Shown piece after piece: positions 1 through 12,503 of a DNA stretch of 64,000 nucleotides (position 1 is its first letter; each line of letters opens with the position of its first letter). Position numbers and translations under genes: made by a program. The DNA is from Octopus vulgaris. Its lineage: Eukaryota. The stretch spans positions 24,924,001 through 24,988,000 of the forward strand of contig OX597821.1 in NCBI GenBank assembly GCA_951406725.2. The letters run 5' to 3'. The notes beneath the pieces are model-generated. The model saw only the letters and a program-made list of their open reading frames with translations, did not search any database and was not told the origin of the DNA.

Positions 1-824
1 AAGTAGCTATAAATTCATTTTGACACAATTTCGTCTGTAACTAATCCCTTAAATTAATCCCAGCTTACTTAGGATGTTAAAACAACAAAATTTCACATTT
101 TCATGTCAAAATTTCTTTAAATTGATCAGCATTTATTCAAGTAGAATATCCATCATTGTTTCTTCTTTTTTTTTTCTGCCACCTTGATATCAGCAACAAA
201 TCTCCAAAATGCCTTTTTGTATTTTACTAGAAATAACAGCCAAATTCCCTTTAAACCACAAACTGCCATGTCTTTTGAAATAAAAATAAAAATAGGAAGG
301 ATGCAATGGATTATGTAGTCTCGGTTATAAAGCCTGAAAAAAGTCAGGATGACCATAGCTGGAACACTTTGATCATAAGTCTGCTTCATCAGGACTGACT
401 AAACAACAATATCATCATTACTACTACCACCAATAACAACAAAAAAAAAAACAATAGCTTTTTTCCTTTGGGTTGTGGACTTAATACATAGCCCAGTTTA
501 GCACCAGCATTTAGTCCTTGGGTGCTTCTAATGGAGATCACTTTGTTGCAAACATTCAGACCAAGACTACAGTTTGAGAACAAGTCCCTCCTTTTCTCCC
601 ACTAACTTTCAAAGACTCTGAAAAATAGAGCCATGGGATTGTGGACAATGTCCTTCCGTCTTTGACAAAATGGTAAAAATAGTTATTGGTATTGTTTCAT
701 TTCAGTTATATCTTCGTAAAGATTTTTTATTAAAGTAACTGATTTTTCCTCTTGTTCTTGAATACTTAAACTAGGATTAATTATGAAAAGTGAATATTTA
801 TAAATTTGTTTTTAATTTTTACAG

Positions 825-877
825 GATTGCAGAAAATGTTTAAATGCCTTTAACAGTAACCAAGGAATATATCAGAG
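825..877 (+). CDS. SYCP2: SYCP2-like exon A (DCRKCLNAFNSNQGIYQ-R), phase 0 to 2
   Basis: ttttacag|GATTGC...CAGAG|gtatga; SYCP2-like DCR.LN motif. Confidence 0.85.
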
Positions 878-1639
878 GTATGATTAAATAAAAAAAGTTT
901 ATCATATATCAGCAGCTTAAACTGCACCATCACATCTATGCCTAACTATAAAATAACATGTTGTATCAATAATTTACCAACTATCATATACATAAAGCAG
1001 AATCTGAAAGCTAAACAAGGTATAGTAATTGAGTAATTTACCACTTGTGATTAGAATTTAGTTATTAGACAAAATGAAAATAAAATCCTTATTAGCATCA
1101 AGCATCCCTTGCTAAATGGGTACTGTACTAAATCAATTATGCCAAATCAGTTCCACCCAAGCATAACTAACTCCACTTTCTGGTGATGGTCTGTGTCAAC
1201 AACAATTATTTTGTAGTCTATTTCATGGAAGAGTGTGGTAAGTTCAGTTGTTGTTAAGAGTAAAGTATCTGATGTTTCAAGCCCTTTCATTTCATTTGAG
1301 TGCAGAAGAGAAAATAGTGCTGTTTTGTATTTATCTATAACACCACTTTTCCTTCTGCACTTAGTTGAAGCACAAGCCTGAAACTTTAGATTTTTCACTC
1401 CTTATAATGATTAAAAGTATCAAACTTATCCATGAATTGTCCTATAAGAGTATTATATTATCTTCACTTTTAACCTTTTCTTCTAATATTTCAATATTCA
1501 TTGTTATATTCTTGCTTTGTCATGTAGATTACAGACATGTATATATTCAACTTCTTAGTGCAATCAGAGCTGCCTGTGCTCTCTATGTAACTCTAAATCT
1601 TTTCTAATTGTTACATTTTGAAATGGCTTGGATTAATCC

Positions 1640-2600
1640 ACTTTCTCATATGTACCTGTGATCAGTGGTTACCTGATAGATCACATTATTGCAGCATGTA
1701 CTGATATAATTCTCTGGCCCACAATTTATCAACCCTGTGATGATGGTGTACGCCAGGGTTCAGTTTTTGTTCCCCACATTCTTCTTCCTAAACATCAACA
1801 ACCTTATTGCTATCATGTCCATCAATACCCACTTTTATACAGGTAATACAATTCTTCATTCCTTCTTAACCTACAGCACCCAAGTGGTATCAGCATGCAA
1901 ACTATACTACCTCAAGCGACCTTAGAAATATCTCTAATGGGTTCATTCCAATTTAACACATTCAACAACAAAAAATACTATCACTGCATATAACAAGAAA
2001 ATATTATTGTGCCTCACATCCCTTAAACATGAGCAACAATCACTTAAACCTTTCTTGATTGCTTCAAATGCTGTACCTCACCATCACTGAGTATCTATTA
2101 TAGTGAGCACATATCCTTAACATGACAATGACTGAATCTCAAAGATTAACCTTTCTCTTCAGAACCCCAAAATATTTTATTCCCCTTCAATTACTAACCC
2201 TCTACTAATCTCAGATGAAATACACAATGAAGTATTACTCCTACATCTGAGATAGTGGTGTTGCTGTGCACACAAACATTACCTGATTGACCCAAAGTTA
2301 CTCACATTCTGGCCCCACAACATGTTGTCTCTTCTCTCTACCACTAACACTACGGCCTTCTGCTCCTTGATGCAAGCTGTTCTCATGCCACCTTCACTCG
2401 AGAACTCTCAACTTACTCATATCTGTTCTTTTCATTGCCTATATTGTGTCAAAATGTTCAGGACCTGCTAATCATACATCCAGCTCATTCTTTCTATAGT
2501 ATCAACCTTTCTGGAATTTCCTCCCAGCTAATAGCTCTCTGCAGTTTTCAACTTGCAATAGTTTTAGTGGGATATTAACAGTATTGGTACCACCAATCTT
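1640..2600 (+). mobile_element. Highly degraded non-LTR retrotransposon RT fragment (CR1/Jockey-like)
   Basis: Remnant GVRQGSVF..PTFF (GVPQGSVL-like RT motif) near 1745-1790; many stops and frameshifts; boundaries approximate. Confidence 0.45.
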
Positions 2601-3454
2601 GAAGGTCTGGTGAAGGCCATAGGCATGACCTTTTCTCCAGACCAAGCTAATAGAAAAAAAGTTGACACTTACTCATTGATAGTCATTGCACACAATTTAT
2701 CTCCACTATTGACTATACACAAACATTCTAAATCTACCTATAGTCTATATTTCTTTCATTTTCATATTTCAACATTTAAATTTCTCTCTAGAGCATAAAA
2801 AATATTCTATCTCAATCAGTTGCTGATTGACATGGAACTTCTTTTCATGTCCCTTTAAAGAATATACCCAGTATCTTCAATGATACTCATGGTTATTTTC
2901 AGGAGAATGTTTGTAGCATCGATATTACATGGGATTAGAAGAGATTTGATATAAAATAAAAGAGTAGTTTTAAACATTAAAAATAATAAACTCTAAGATA
3001 ATTTTTCATAAACTGAAGTCCTGACATCTGTTAACATTTTTACTTAGTTTTACATTTGAAGTTACTCTTTTACTGGTTTTAGTTTCGGTCATGCTCGGAC
3101 ACCACCATGAGGATTATTACAGCCTTATACTTGATTTATGATGAATGATGGTGTTTGGTGTTGCCGCTCTTATCTATGACTCCTACTGTAATATAGGTTC
3201 AGCTAGGATTGTACACTGTAGAATGATTTGTTTGAAAGTATTGACATTTATCCATGTATATCCCTTACAGTTTGAGAAGGATATTAAATAGCTATGTTCT
3301 CTTGATATATAAGTTATTTCAGCTTTTAGTCCTTACTCAAAAGAAATAAGATGGAACCTTTGATGTTCTGTAATTGTAACCAATACAAGGATTTGTACAG
3401 CTTTCAATGTCAAAGAAAATATTTTAACATAACCTTTCTATTTTTGTCTTTCAG

Positions 3455-3500
3455 AGTATTCTCACTTCCTTGTAATGATATATATTTTGGAAATCTAAAG
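3455..3500 (+). CDS. SYCP2: SYCP2-like exon B (VFSLPCNDIYFGNLK), phase 2 to 0
   Basis: tctttcag|AGTATTC...CTAAAG|gtatgt; RVFxxPC motif. Confidence 0.85.
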
Positions 3501-4218
3501 GTATGTCATCATATCAGAGCACGGCATCAGCAAATCGTTGTTTATTCTCCTGTTGTTTTATCGATATTAATGAAAACTGATATAACCTTGATTTAAATGT
3601 TTTCCTTTAATCCTACTCTTTTATTCAATGTTGCAGTTTATCATAATTTCCTGTGTAATATATTACAAACTTCAGGATAGTATATTATTAGATAGATAAA
3701 CTCCACTCTGTTGTAATTTATTTTTAACCCCAGTGTCATCATTATCATCTTCATTTTACTGCTGTTGTTAGTCAGGTTGTCCTGATTTGAGTCACTGTTC
3801 AGAGCAAATGCCTTCCTCAGTGGGTGAAGGGACCACATGTCACTTATACATTTCATTTTTAGTTAGTTTCTGCTGTTGAATTTATTTTGATGGATGTAAT
3901 TATGATAAATAGTGAATGCAGAAATACTGTTCTTTAGGCCCAGGTCAAACCTGATTCAGCAAATCTATGATCTAAAGAGTTCCATCCATGACTCTCTTTT
4001 CTAATGTTTAGGTATAGTATAACTAGAACTACGTTATCTTATGCATTATTCCTTTCTTTTTGATATGGCAAAGAATAATTTGAAGGAGATATGGCTGCTG
4101 TTTCTTGAAGGTCAAGATGTAGATACTCGTTTGTGCTATTGTTGTTGCTCTTGAGGGCAGCTGCCACCTGATTTGGGCTAACCGTGAGACACACAGATCT
4201 GAAATATAGTACTTGAAG

Positions 4219-4220
<2 letters not shown>

Positions 4221-4254
<34 letters not shown>

Positions 4255-7160
4255 TGTGTACAGTGCTCAGGTGCACTACAACTCATCTAAAGTGTGTATA
4301 TAATCAGGTGTAGTTTCGACGGATTTCAGGAAGCATGAGGGCCTTAAAGGATGCAGTGTCATGGCAGTCAACAACTGACGCAGGCAGTTTATTCCACACT
4401 TCAGCAACCCTGAGCATGAAAAAATGTTTCCGAAAGTCATGGGAGCTGTGTTGTTTTCTGACTTTGTAGGCATGTCCACGTGTGTTAGACACATGGAGAT
4501 CAAAAAGGTGTTCAGTGTTGTTGTTGGTGAGGTGGTTGATAACCTTGTGGGTGTTTACCAAGTCCGTCGCCAGACGCCGGAGCTTCAGTGAATCCATGCC
4601 CAGGGAAACAAGGCGCTCAGAATATGGTAGGTATCTGATGGAGGGTATGCGTTTGGTTGCACGTCTCTGGACAGATTCCAGGAGGTCAATGTTCTGAGCA
4701 AGATAGAGATTCCAAACTGATGATGCGAATTCCAAGTGTGGTCGTACCATAGCTGTATACAGTTTTAAATAGATGGCTGGAGAGCGGCTAACAAAAGTCT
4801 TGCTGAGTGATGCCAAGACACCCTCGGCCTTCTTGACAATTTTAGAGATATGCTTTGTCCAACGCAAATCACTGCTGACAGTGATGCCTAGGTCACGCTC
4901 GCAAGAGGATTTCTTGATATCAGTGTTGTGGAGGGAGTATGTGGACGCAGGGTTTTTTCTCCCAAAATGCATGGTGGTACACTTGTCCACAGCCAGTTTC
5001 AGTTGCCAGTCTGTGATCCATTGCTGCATTGTGTCTAGGTCTGATTGCAGGAAAGAGTTGTAGACATCAGGATCAGTCCTCTTGATTTCAAGGTACAGCT
5101 TGATGTCGTCTGCATATTTCAATACTGTGGCATTCTTTAAATTGGCATCTATGTCATTAATGTATGCCACAAACAAGAGGGGACCAAGGACAGATCCCTG
5201 TGGTACACCCGATGACATCTCATATGGTGTAGAGTGCTGTCCTAGAACTGTGACTACCTCCTTTCGGCTGAGGATGAAGGATTTCAACCAGTTAAAAAGG
5301 TCATCCCCCACACCCATTGCAGAGAGTTTCACCATAAGCCTTTTGTGTGGCACAGAGTTGAAAGCCTTAGCAAAGTCAAGGTAGACAACATCCACCCATG
5401 AGCCACTGTCAGTGATCTGAGTAATGTCCTCAAGGAACTCGACAAGCTGGTCACTGCAGCTGGAGTTAGGGACAAATCCATATTGTGAGGGTCGGATGAG
5501 ACTGTGAGAGCTCCAGAAGTTCCAGAGTGTTTCTCTGACACACGATTCCATCAGTTTTGCAATACAGCTAGTGAGACTGACTGGGCGATAGTTGACAGGT
5601 GATGTGCGGTCACCCTTTTTGAACAGAGGAATGACACTGGCAGTTTTCCACTGCTCCGGAGTAGCACCATTGTTGAGACAGTACTGGAAGAAAATAGAAA
5701 GCTGGTGTAAAAGGAAGTGCCTGCCACGTTTAAGAAGCAGGTATGTAACTCCATCGAGGCCAGGGGAGGCATAGTTGCGCTTATTTTGAAGGTGACGTCG
5801 CAGCATTGCAGGTGTAAATTCCATAGTTGTTATGAAGTTTGCTGTTAGTGATGGTGAAGATGGTACATTTTGACTTTCGACAGTGAATATGTTTGCATAG
5901 CACTCGGCAATGAGTTCTGCGCATTCCTTGGGGTCGTCAGTGATCTGGTTCGTGTGAGGGTTGCGAAGAGGGCCCACTGGAGAGTGAGGTCTCTGCTTTG
6001 AATGCACATATTTCCAGAAAACCTTGCTGTCAGGATTGGCTGCTATGCACTGTTCAAATTCAAGCACTGCATTTTTTGTCACTTGCTTGAGATGGTTGGA
6101 GGATTTATTCCGCTTCTTCCTGTTGGTGTCTGATTTATGCAACTTGTATTCCTGTTCAGCAGTCCGACGTTCCTTCCTGGCAAGTCGGACCGCTGAAGTT
6201 TCCCAAATTGCCCTTTTGGGGCGGTTCTTCTTTTTTTGTTTACGTGGCACTGATGCTGCACATGCTGCCCATATTGAGTCCAGGATACTCTGGAGTATAG
6301 TATTCACATCTCCAGAGTTGTAGAATTCACGCCAGTTTGGGTGCTGTAGTTCAGTGTGGTACAGGTTCCAATCTGCTCTCTTCCAATCGAAGGAAGCAGA
6401 TTGGAGATGGTTCAGGTGTTTGTTGCCCGCAAGAGCCAGATTGGCGATGATCATAGCATGATCAGAGTCACCTAGAGGTTCCTCCGTAGTGCAATTGATA
6501 ACCGCTTCAGGAGTTGTGGTGAAGAGCAGGTCCAAGGTGTTGTCGCCTCTTGTTGGAGAGGTGACTACTTGTGACCAGTTTGAGTCCAGCACAAGCTCAA
6601 CAAAATCGTTTGCACTCTGTGGCCAACGGAAGGTTTCCCAATCGATCTCAGGATGATTGAAATCGCCTGCAATAAACACATAAGTGGCTGTTTTCCTGGC
6701 TGCAGCTCGGAGGATGTTGCAAAGCTGTGTGTCCTGATGGTAGTTTGGGGGACGATAAACAACGCCAAGCAGGAGTGTTGACATGGTCATACGTACGTCA
6801 CAGAAAAAAACTTCTTCTTGTGATTCGTTCAAATTGGCACAAGGAATTACCAAAAAATTTGAACGAACGTAGACCATCACACCACCACCACGGCGGTTAG
6901 TGCGGTCCTTACGGAAGAGGTTGTACCCCATGATGTTGAAAACCCCATCACAGAGTAAGGAATGCGCCCATGTTTCCGTGACAGTGATGAAGTCAGGGTC
7001 AACACTTCTGACGTAGGCGTTGAACAAATGTATTTTGTTGCATAAACTGCGAGCATTTAAGGACAACAATTTGTACCCTGCTCGCAGTTTATGATGGTGT
7101 GTGGAGGATGGCAGGTTGTCCTGGCTTAGTTTCCCTGAGTTGCTGTAGTCTTTTTAGTTA
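4221..7160 (-). mobile_element. CR1/L2-group LINE, 5'-truncated near the ORF1/ORF2 junction, (TTA)n 3' tail
   Basis: Full APE+RT ORF2, short 3' UTR, (TAA)n array at 4221-4253 on + strand. Confidence 0.92.
4304..7069 (-). CDS. LINE ORF2: apurinic endonuclease + reverse transcriptase (921 aa, uninterrupted)
   Basis: LNARSL, TETW, YRPP, GDFN, LDL, SDH (APE); PxNYRPVSLTS, LDFAKAF, GVPQGSVLGP, YADD (RT); TRGH..F..RV..WNxLP C-terminus typical of CR1 group. Confidence 0.95.
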   Translation of the reverse strand: MLSLNARSLCNKIHLFNAYVRSVDPDFITVTETWAHSLLCDGVFNIMGYNLFRKDRTNRRGGGVMVYVRSNFLVIPCANLNESQEEVFFCDVRMTMSTLLLGVVYRPPNYHQDTQLCNILRAAARKTATYVFIAGDFNHPEIDWETFRWPQSANDFVELVLDSNWSQVVTSPTRGDNTLDLLFTTTPEAVINCTTEEPLGDSDHAMIIANLALAGNKHLNHLQSASFDWKRADWNLYHTELQHPNWREFYNSGDVNTILQSILDSIWAACAASVPRKQKKKNRPKRAIWETSAVRLARKERRTAEQEYKLHKSDTNRKKRNKSSNHLKQVTKNAVLEFEQCIAANPDSKVFWKYVHSKQRPHSPVGPLRNPHTNQITDDPKECAELIAECYANIFTVESQNVPSSPSLTANFITTMEFTPAMLRRHLQNKRNYASPGLDGVTYLLLKRGRHFLLHQLSIFFQYCLNNGATPEQWKTASVIPLFKKGDRTSPVNYRPVSLTSCIAKLMESCVRETLWNFWSSHSLIRPSQYGFVPNSSCSDQLVEFLEDITQITDSGSWVDVVYLDFAKAFNSVPHKRLMVKLSAMGVGDDLFNWLKSFILSRKEVVTVLGQHSTPYEMSSGVPQGSVLGPLLFVAYINDIDANLKNATVLKYADDIKLYLEIKRTDPDVYNSFLQSDLDTMQQWITDWQLKLAVDKCTTMHFGRKNPASTYSLHNTDIKKSSCERDLGITVSSDLRWTKHISKIVKKAEGVLASLSKTFVSRSPAIYLKLYTAMVRPHLEFASSVWNLYLAQNIDLLESVQRRATKRIPSIRYLPYSERLVSLGMDSLKLRRLATDLVNTHKVINHLTNNNTEHLFDLHVSNTRGHAYKVRKQHSSHDFRKHFFMLRVAEVWNKLPASVVDCHDTASFKALMLPEIRRNYT

Positions 7161-7276
7161 TTGTGGGTAAGAAATTACTCTAAACATAATTATTGTTAAT
7201 AGAAACATTGAGAACTTTATTTATTTAATGATATGTATGCAGGAAGGGATATGGGTGAGCAGGTTGAATTGACTAG

Positions 7277-7646
7277 GCGGCGAGCTGGCAGAATCGTTAG
7301 CGCACCGGGCGAACTGCTCAGCAGTATTTCGTCTGTCGCTAGGTTCTGTGTTCAAATTCCGCCGAGGTCGACTTTGCCTTTCATCCTTTCGGGGTCAATT
7401 AAATAAGTACCAGTTATGCACTGGAGTCGAAATAATCGACTTAATCCATTTGTCTGTCCTTGTTTTTCCTCTCTGTGTTTAGCCCCTTGTGGATAGTAAA
7501 GAAATAGGTCGACTTTGCCTTTCATCCTTTCGGGGTCAATTAAATAAGTACCAGTTATGCACTGGAGTCGAAATAATCGACTTAATCCATTTGTCTGTCC
7601 TTGTTTTTCCTCTCTGTGTTTAGCCCCTTGTGGATAGTAAAGAAAT
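7277..7646 (+). mobile_element. tRNA-derived SINE (Nin-like core) with 141-bp internal tandem duplication and 16-bp TSD
   Basis: A-box tggcagaatcg, B-box gttcaaattcc, core ctttcatcctttcggggtc; TSD aggttgaattgactag at 7261-7276 and 7647-7662. Confidence 0.85.
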
Positions 7647-7754
7647 AGGTTGAATTGACTAGACTTAATCAAAGAAAGTATGGATATAATCCTTTTAAAT
7701 AGTTGTTAATGATATATTCATTATATGTGTATGTGAATGTAAAAGGTAACAGAA

Positions 7755-8435
7755 ATATTGTTATATTTCGGTTTGGTCTCCCCCCCCTCTTCCAAATAAC
7801 CACACACATACTATATACTTGTCCTTCACTTCAGCTATATTATTATTCTGCCAGCGCCGCCCCGACTGGCTTCTGTGCCGGTGGCACATAAAAAGCACCA
7901 TCCGAATGTGGCCATTACCAGCGCCGCCTTGGCTGGCTTCCGTGCCGGTGGCACGTTAAAAGCTCCAACCGATCGTGGCCGATGCCGGACCCCCCTTGCA
8001 CCTGTGCAGGTGGCATGTAAAAAGCATCCACTACACTCACGGAGTGGTTGGCGTTAGGAAGGGCATCCAGCTGTAGAAACTCTGCCAGATCAGACTGGAG
8101 CCTGGTGCAGCCCCTGGCTTCCCAGACCCCGGTCGAACCGTCCAACCCGTGCTAGCACGGAAAACGGACGTTAAACGATGATGATGATGCTGATGATGAT
8201 ATTCTTATTTTAGTGTCCTTCGAAATCTTTCATCACACATCCTGTTTGACCTCAACAACTCTTCATCCCACATGTCTCCTCCTGTCTTGTTTAGGACTAA
8301 ACAAGAAAGATTTCAGGCAAAGGACACTAAAATAAGAATAATGATAAAGCTGAAGTGAAGAACAAGTATATGGTGCATGTGGTTATTTGGGGAAAAAATA
8401 TGAAAATGACCATCCCAAAATATATAACGATATAT
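7755..8435. mobile_element. Foldback (inverted-repeat) element interrupted by an RTE 3' fragment
   Basis: Left arm tattgttatattt..ccaaataaccac..cttcacttcagct..tattcttattttagtgtcct is the reverse complement of right arm aggacactaaaataagaata..agctgaagtgaag..gtggttatttgg..ataacgatat; similar to 55901-56185. Confidence 0.6.
7850..8200 (+). mobile_element. RTE-family 3' end fragment with (GAT)n tail
   Basis: ggttggcgttaggaagggcatccagctgtagaaac...ggacgttaaacgatgatgat, same type as the tails of the RTE copies near 39680-39836 and 40248-40400. Confidence 0.8.
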
Positions 8436-8479
8436 GTTTCAACGCACAATTTCATTTCAGGAATCTTGCAAAACAAATA

Positions 8480-9320
8480 CACAAAAATAATTGAAATAGT
8501 TTAGTGACAATATTTTTGAAATACAGCATAACAGCCTCTGACTTCCCAACAAATGTTTCACAAAAAGAAATTATCCAACATGCAGAAGGACTAGTTTTGT
8601 GAAACCCTCAGGAGTTATTATATTGTAGATAGTTGACAGGAATAAATTAATATAGCTAAAACAAGGAAACTATAGACTAAATAGTAAATGAATATAGTTT
8701 GTGTAACAAACACAGACACAAGGTGTCAGCCACAGAACTACAAATGATATATTTTTGGTGAAACAACTGTAAGAACTACATTAACATGTATTTGATGATG
8801 TGAAGAGGTATTTAACAATGTTTCTGAAGAGCAATGGAAAAACTAGGTATGTCTGTTTAGCTCATGCCTGCTTTGATATTAAAGATTGTTGTGTATAAAA
8901 GAATCAGATGAAGCTCTGTAAGTCTTCTGAATTTTAGTCAAATACTTAAGAATCTTATGCAAGAATTGGAGATTATCTGGCAGTTTTTCCAGCTAACTGT
9001 TCCTTATTGCTGACTGCATGAAAAGAATATCAACTTGGAACAAAAGCTGGAAGAGTAGGTTTGAATCATGGAGATGTTTCCATTTACAACATTTCAACAC
9101 ACCTCTCTTTATTTCTTTAGAGAGGGTTCTTTGAAACATCATAACTTACCTCTTCTCTCAGTACACACACTTTTATGACAGTGCATTCAATAGCCCAGTA
9201 CCTTAACCTCATAGCAATTGTGTCTTTTATGAGGACACTCTAATACTGTGTAACCAATACAAATATTAGAAGCAGTGATGCCTGATTTAGACTCATGGTG
9301 ACGAACTTTATTGAAAATTC
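8480..9320 (+). mobile_element. Possible highly decayed hAT transposase relic
   Basis: Only weak peptide remnants (e.g. MFLKSNGK, VMPDLDS) resembling hAT transposases; no termini found. Confidence 0.2.
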
Positions 9321-9453
9321 ATTCTGCCTGTAGAAGTACAGATGTTAAAACAAAGGTAATGTTGTTACACAAAAGTGAACTGATCACATTATTCCCCATC
9401 TCTTCTTGTATTTTTGTCTCTGAATCCACCAGTTTCTGTTGTTCTATTTTTAG

Positions 9454-9561
9454 CTGAACAGACCAAAAGATGAAAGCTATAAACACTTCTGGGTTGATTT
9501 CAATGTCACCAGTCAACGCATAACTTTCTACTGTGAGCAAGTTAATAGCAATGAAGACCCT
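9454..9561 (+). CDS. SYCP2: SYCP2-like exon C (LNRPKDESYKHFWVDFNVTSQRITFYCEQVNSNEDP), phase 0 to 0
   Basis: tttttag|CTGAAC...GACCCT|gtaaga; FW(I/V)DFN motif. Confidence 0.9.
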
Positions 9562-10891
9562 GTAAGATATTTCTTTTATTACAACATTACACTTAACTAA
9601 TAGGAATTCATCCTCAGTTATTACTAGTTTATTGATTGCTAAATAGCTGTTCTAATCCTTCATTGACAATATTTCTGATTAGCTCACAAATAAAAGCTCA
9701 AAGTATCTGCAAATAGGAGGCCTCACAGTCTCTGTAGATATTTTATAGTAACATCATATTACCAAAATTACACCACAGACACACATCCCAAAATACTTCA
9801 TCTTTGATGTGTTGCTGACCTTCTACAAAGCTCAAGTAAGGTATTCCTCACCTATCTGGAAGGTTGCTGCTACTACACAGACGAACATCCTAAGTCACAT
9901 CCTAAAGCAAAATAAAGATTCACTCACTAGCAGGATTCAACAAGTTCACAGACATTACTATTAATTCTCTCTGTCACTTCTATCACTGCTGTAAAGGATT
10001 CTGCTCCTCTAAACTAATTGCTATGCACTCTCTCACCAGTACCTTCCGTATTCTTCTTTCTCCTGTCACTCATACAGCTTCTCAACTTGCAGGCCTTTTT
10101 GTAATCATTCTTTTCTAGGATCCATTTCTGCATATTACCATCTCCAATATTCTCTATGGAAATTTGATTATCTCAGTTTAACCAAGATAAACTCAAAAAC
10201 ATTTTAATTTTTCATAAAATTCAAATAATATCATCTACAATGTACTGATAACAAAAACTAGATAGATATATTACCTTTAATCACTAGCATCCTCCACTAA
10301 ATTCAAAATAGGACTTTACTTGCTAGGAGAGTAGGAAGGGGCAGTATCTTTGACTTTTGCAAACTGTCTGAGATCAGTTAGCTTGATGCCCTATGTTCTG
10401 ATTGAACTGTTGCAAGTCAACACCCACAGGAATTCCAGAGGAATTGGGTACTGGAGAAGCTATATAAATGGAGGTAAAAATTAGCTAGCACTGAGAAATA
10501 GGGATCATTATAGTAGGAGGAACAGAGATCCTTATTTCACTAAGGAATGAGTACAATTGTTAGTACAGGGCCAGTTGGGGCTGGATACAACATTAGTGAT
10601 GAAATAGAGAGTGAAGTAGATAAGGAGTGCCTAAACAAGAGGGGATACAAGATACTGAGGAATTGGGGCTACTATAGTAGAGGAACAGAAACCATTATTT
10701 CACTAAAGGTTAAATGATCATTCACCTTGATACATTCCAATATCTGACCCCTTTTTTTAACTTCTCAGAATCTATTATTATTATCTCATTGAACCTCTGT
10801 TTCCATTCATATCTCCTTACTCTTACAGTTAGTTGCTCATGTGTACTATTAAAAGATCTGTGAGACTTTCTTTGATTCTTCATTTCTCTAG

Positions 10892-10961
10892 GAGTGTGAG
10901 GAAGATGTATGGGAAACAGTCAGCATTTACAAAGAAGATGTGAAGGAAATTGTTTATGAAG
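10892..10961 (+). CDS. SYCP2: SYCP2-like exon D (ECEEDVWETVSIYKEDVKEIVYE), phase 0 to 1
   Basis: ttctctag|GAGTGT...TATGAAG|gtaagg; WExV motif. Confidence 0.85.
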
Positions 10962-11563
10962 GTAAGGACTTACCATTTTCTATATATTTCTTTCTCTTTG
11001 TAATGAAAATTTCTCTTAGAGAATTTTTTTTTTACAAATGTTCTCGTATTTTCTTTATTATTTCTATCTACCATCACTATCCAGAATCTATTGTGGTGTT
11101 TAGGAGATTATCGCAGTTTTTGAAAGCTCCCCACTCTCTCTCTCTCTCTTACAGGAAAGGTTTTGAGCTCAACACTGCTAGCACCCTTCAATTATACAAC
11201 AAAGCAGCTTACATCATTAGACTGTACCTCCTCATAGTGCCTGTTTTAAGTTATTTCAACTTAGTAGTTGAAAATTAATTTTGTTGCTTAAGACACAATT
11301 CAGTGCTATTAAGAGAATATGTTCACTTAACCCTTTTGATAACCTGTTTCAAAGTGATTACCTATTTATGAAATGTTTTTCTTTTCTTTTTTCAAATATA
11401 TATCTAGGACTACATTAGGCATTTTGTCTTTTTCATAACACAATAAGAGTATGCTTTGAGATAGATTTGGCTGTTGTTACAAGCAGATCAAATGACTAGA
11501 TGTCTTTTATTGATCTCGGGATTGAGACGTTTTTACCTTGGTTCTCTCTCAAGGCAAGGTATA

Positions 11564-12150
11564 TGTACAGTCACTGGAAGTAACTTGCACGGACACCGGA
11601 AATACATCTGCCATCACCAGAGAAAACAAAGCAACTACCCCCAGCGACTTGCCTGACCTTTCATTGGACAAAAGCTACCTACCTGCTATTCTATTGGACA
11701 CTGGCTAAACATCACTGCTGATATTTTTGTATAAATAGACGTCATAAATCGCTGTAAAAGCAGTTGGCTTTTTGGCACTTGACTAATGTAAATCGTGTCC
11801 CTCTCGCCTGCCACGCTCGCCACTCATGCTGCCTCGAACCTTTGTACTGCTATTTCATGCCTAAAATAAATCGCTGTATAAACTTACACCTCTTGTCTGC
11901 TCGTCCTTTCAACTACTGCTTTCGTCTGTCCAGTTTTGCTGATTACGACCACAGTCCTTTTCAGGGCTAATTCAAGTCTGATCTGAATGCGATAACAGTC
12001 CTTTTTAGGACTACTCTCAGATCCGATCTAATTGCGATAACAGTCCTTTTTAGGACTATTCTTGGATCGGATCTAATTGCGATAACCGTCCTTTTAAGGT
12101 CTACCCTCAGATCAGACCAGAAGTAGTGGCCAAGAATCATACCCGCTACA
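11564..12150 (+). mobile_element. Solo LTR (587 bp), TGTA...TACA ends, 4-bp TSD TATA
   Basis: TATA at 11560-11563 and 12151-12154; two ATTGG boxes, TATAAATA near 11730, AATAAA near 11865; 4 x ~45-bp tandem repeat 11941-12118. Confidence 0.75.
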
Positions 12151-12503
12151 TATACATTAATTTTATAAATATATATGACATAGTAACTTCACTTCTTTAT
12201 TAAGTAATTGACTTATTTCATTTAATTTTTGTCTGATTTTTATTTTATTAGAATTGGACATTTAAGCACTTCCACTGGATTATAGTGCAACAGCAGAAAT
12301 GGTTGGGTGTCTTGTAGTTTTATCTAAGTCTTTTCATGTATTGAGTTCAAATCTTGAGTTCAATATCACATTCATCCTTCTTGGAAGTCAATCAAATTAA
12401 CTACCTCCCTAGGATTTGTGGTTTTGTACCTAAGTCAGAAATATTTTATTGATATTAACTATATAAATTATTATATTTTCTGATATTTTTTTTTCTTTTT
12501 TAG

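Noticed and set aside
4482-6323. Several + strand ORFs inside the CR1 element (likewise 41448-43904 inside the RTE)
   Set aside because: Antisense shadows of the RT ORFs with no independent motifs.
11941-12118. CRISPR-like appearance of ~45-bp periodic repeats
   Set aside because: Whole units are homologous with no unique spacers, there are no cas genes, and the context is a eukaryotic LTR.
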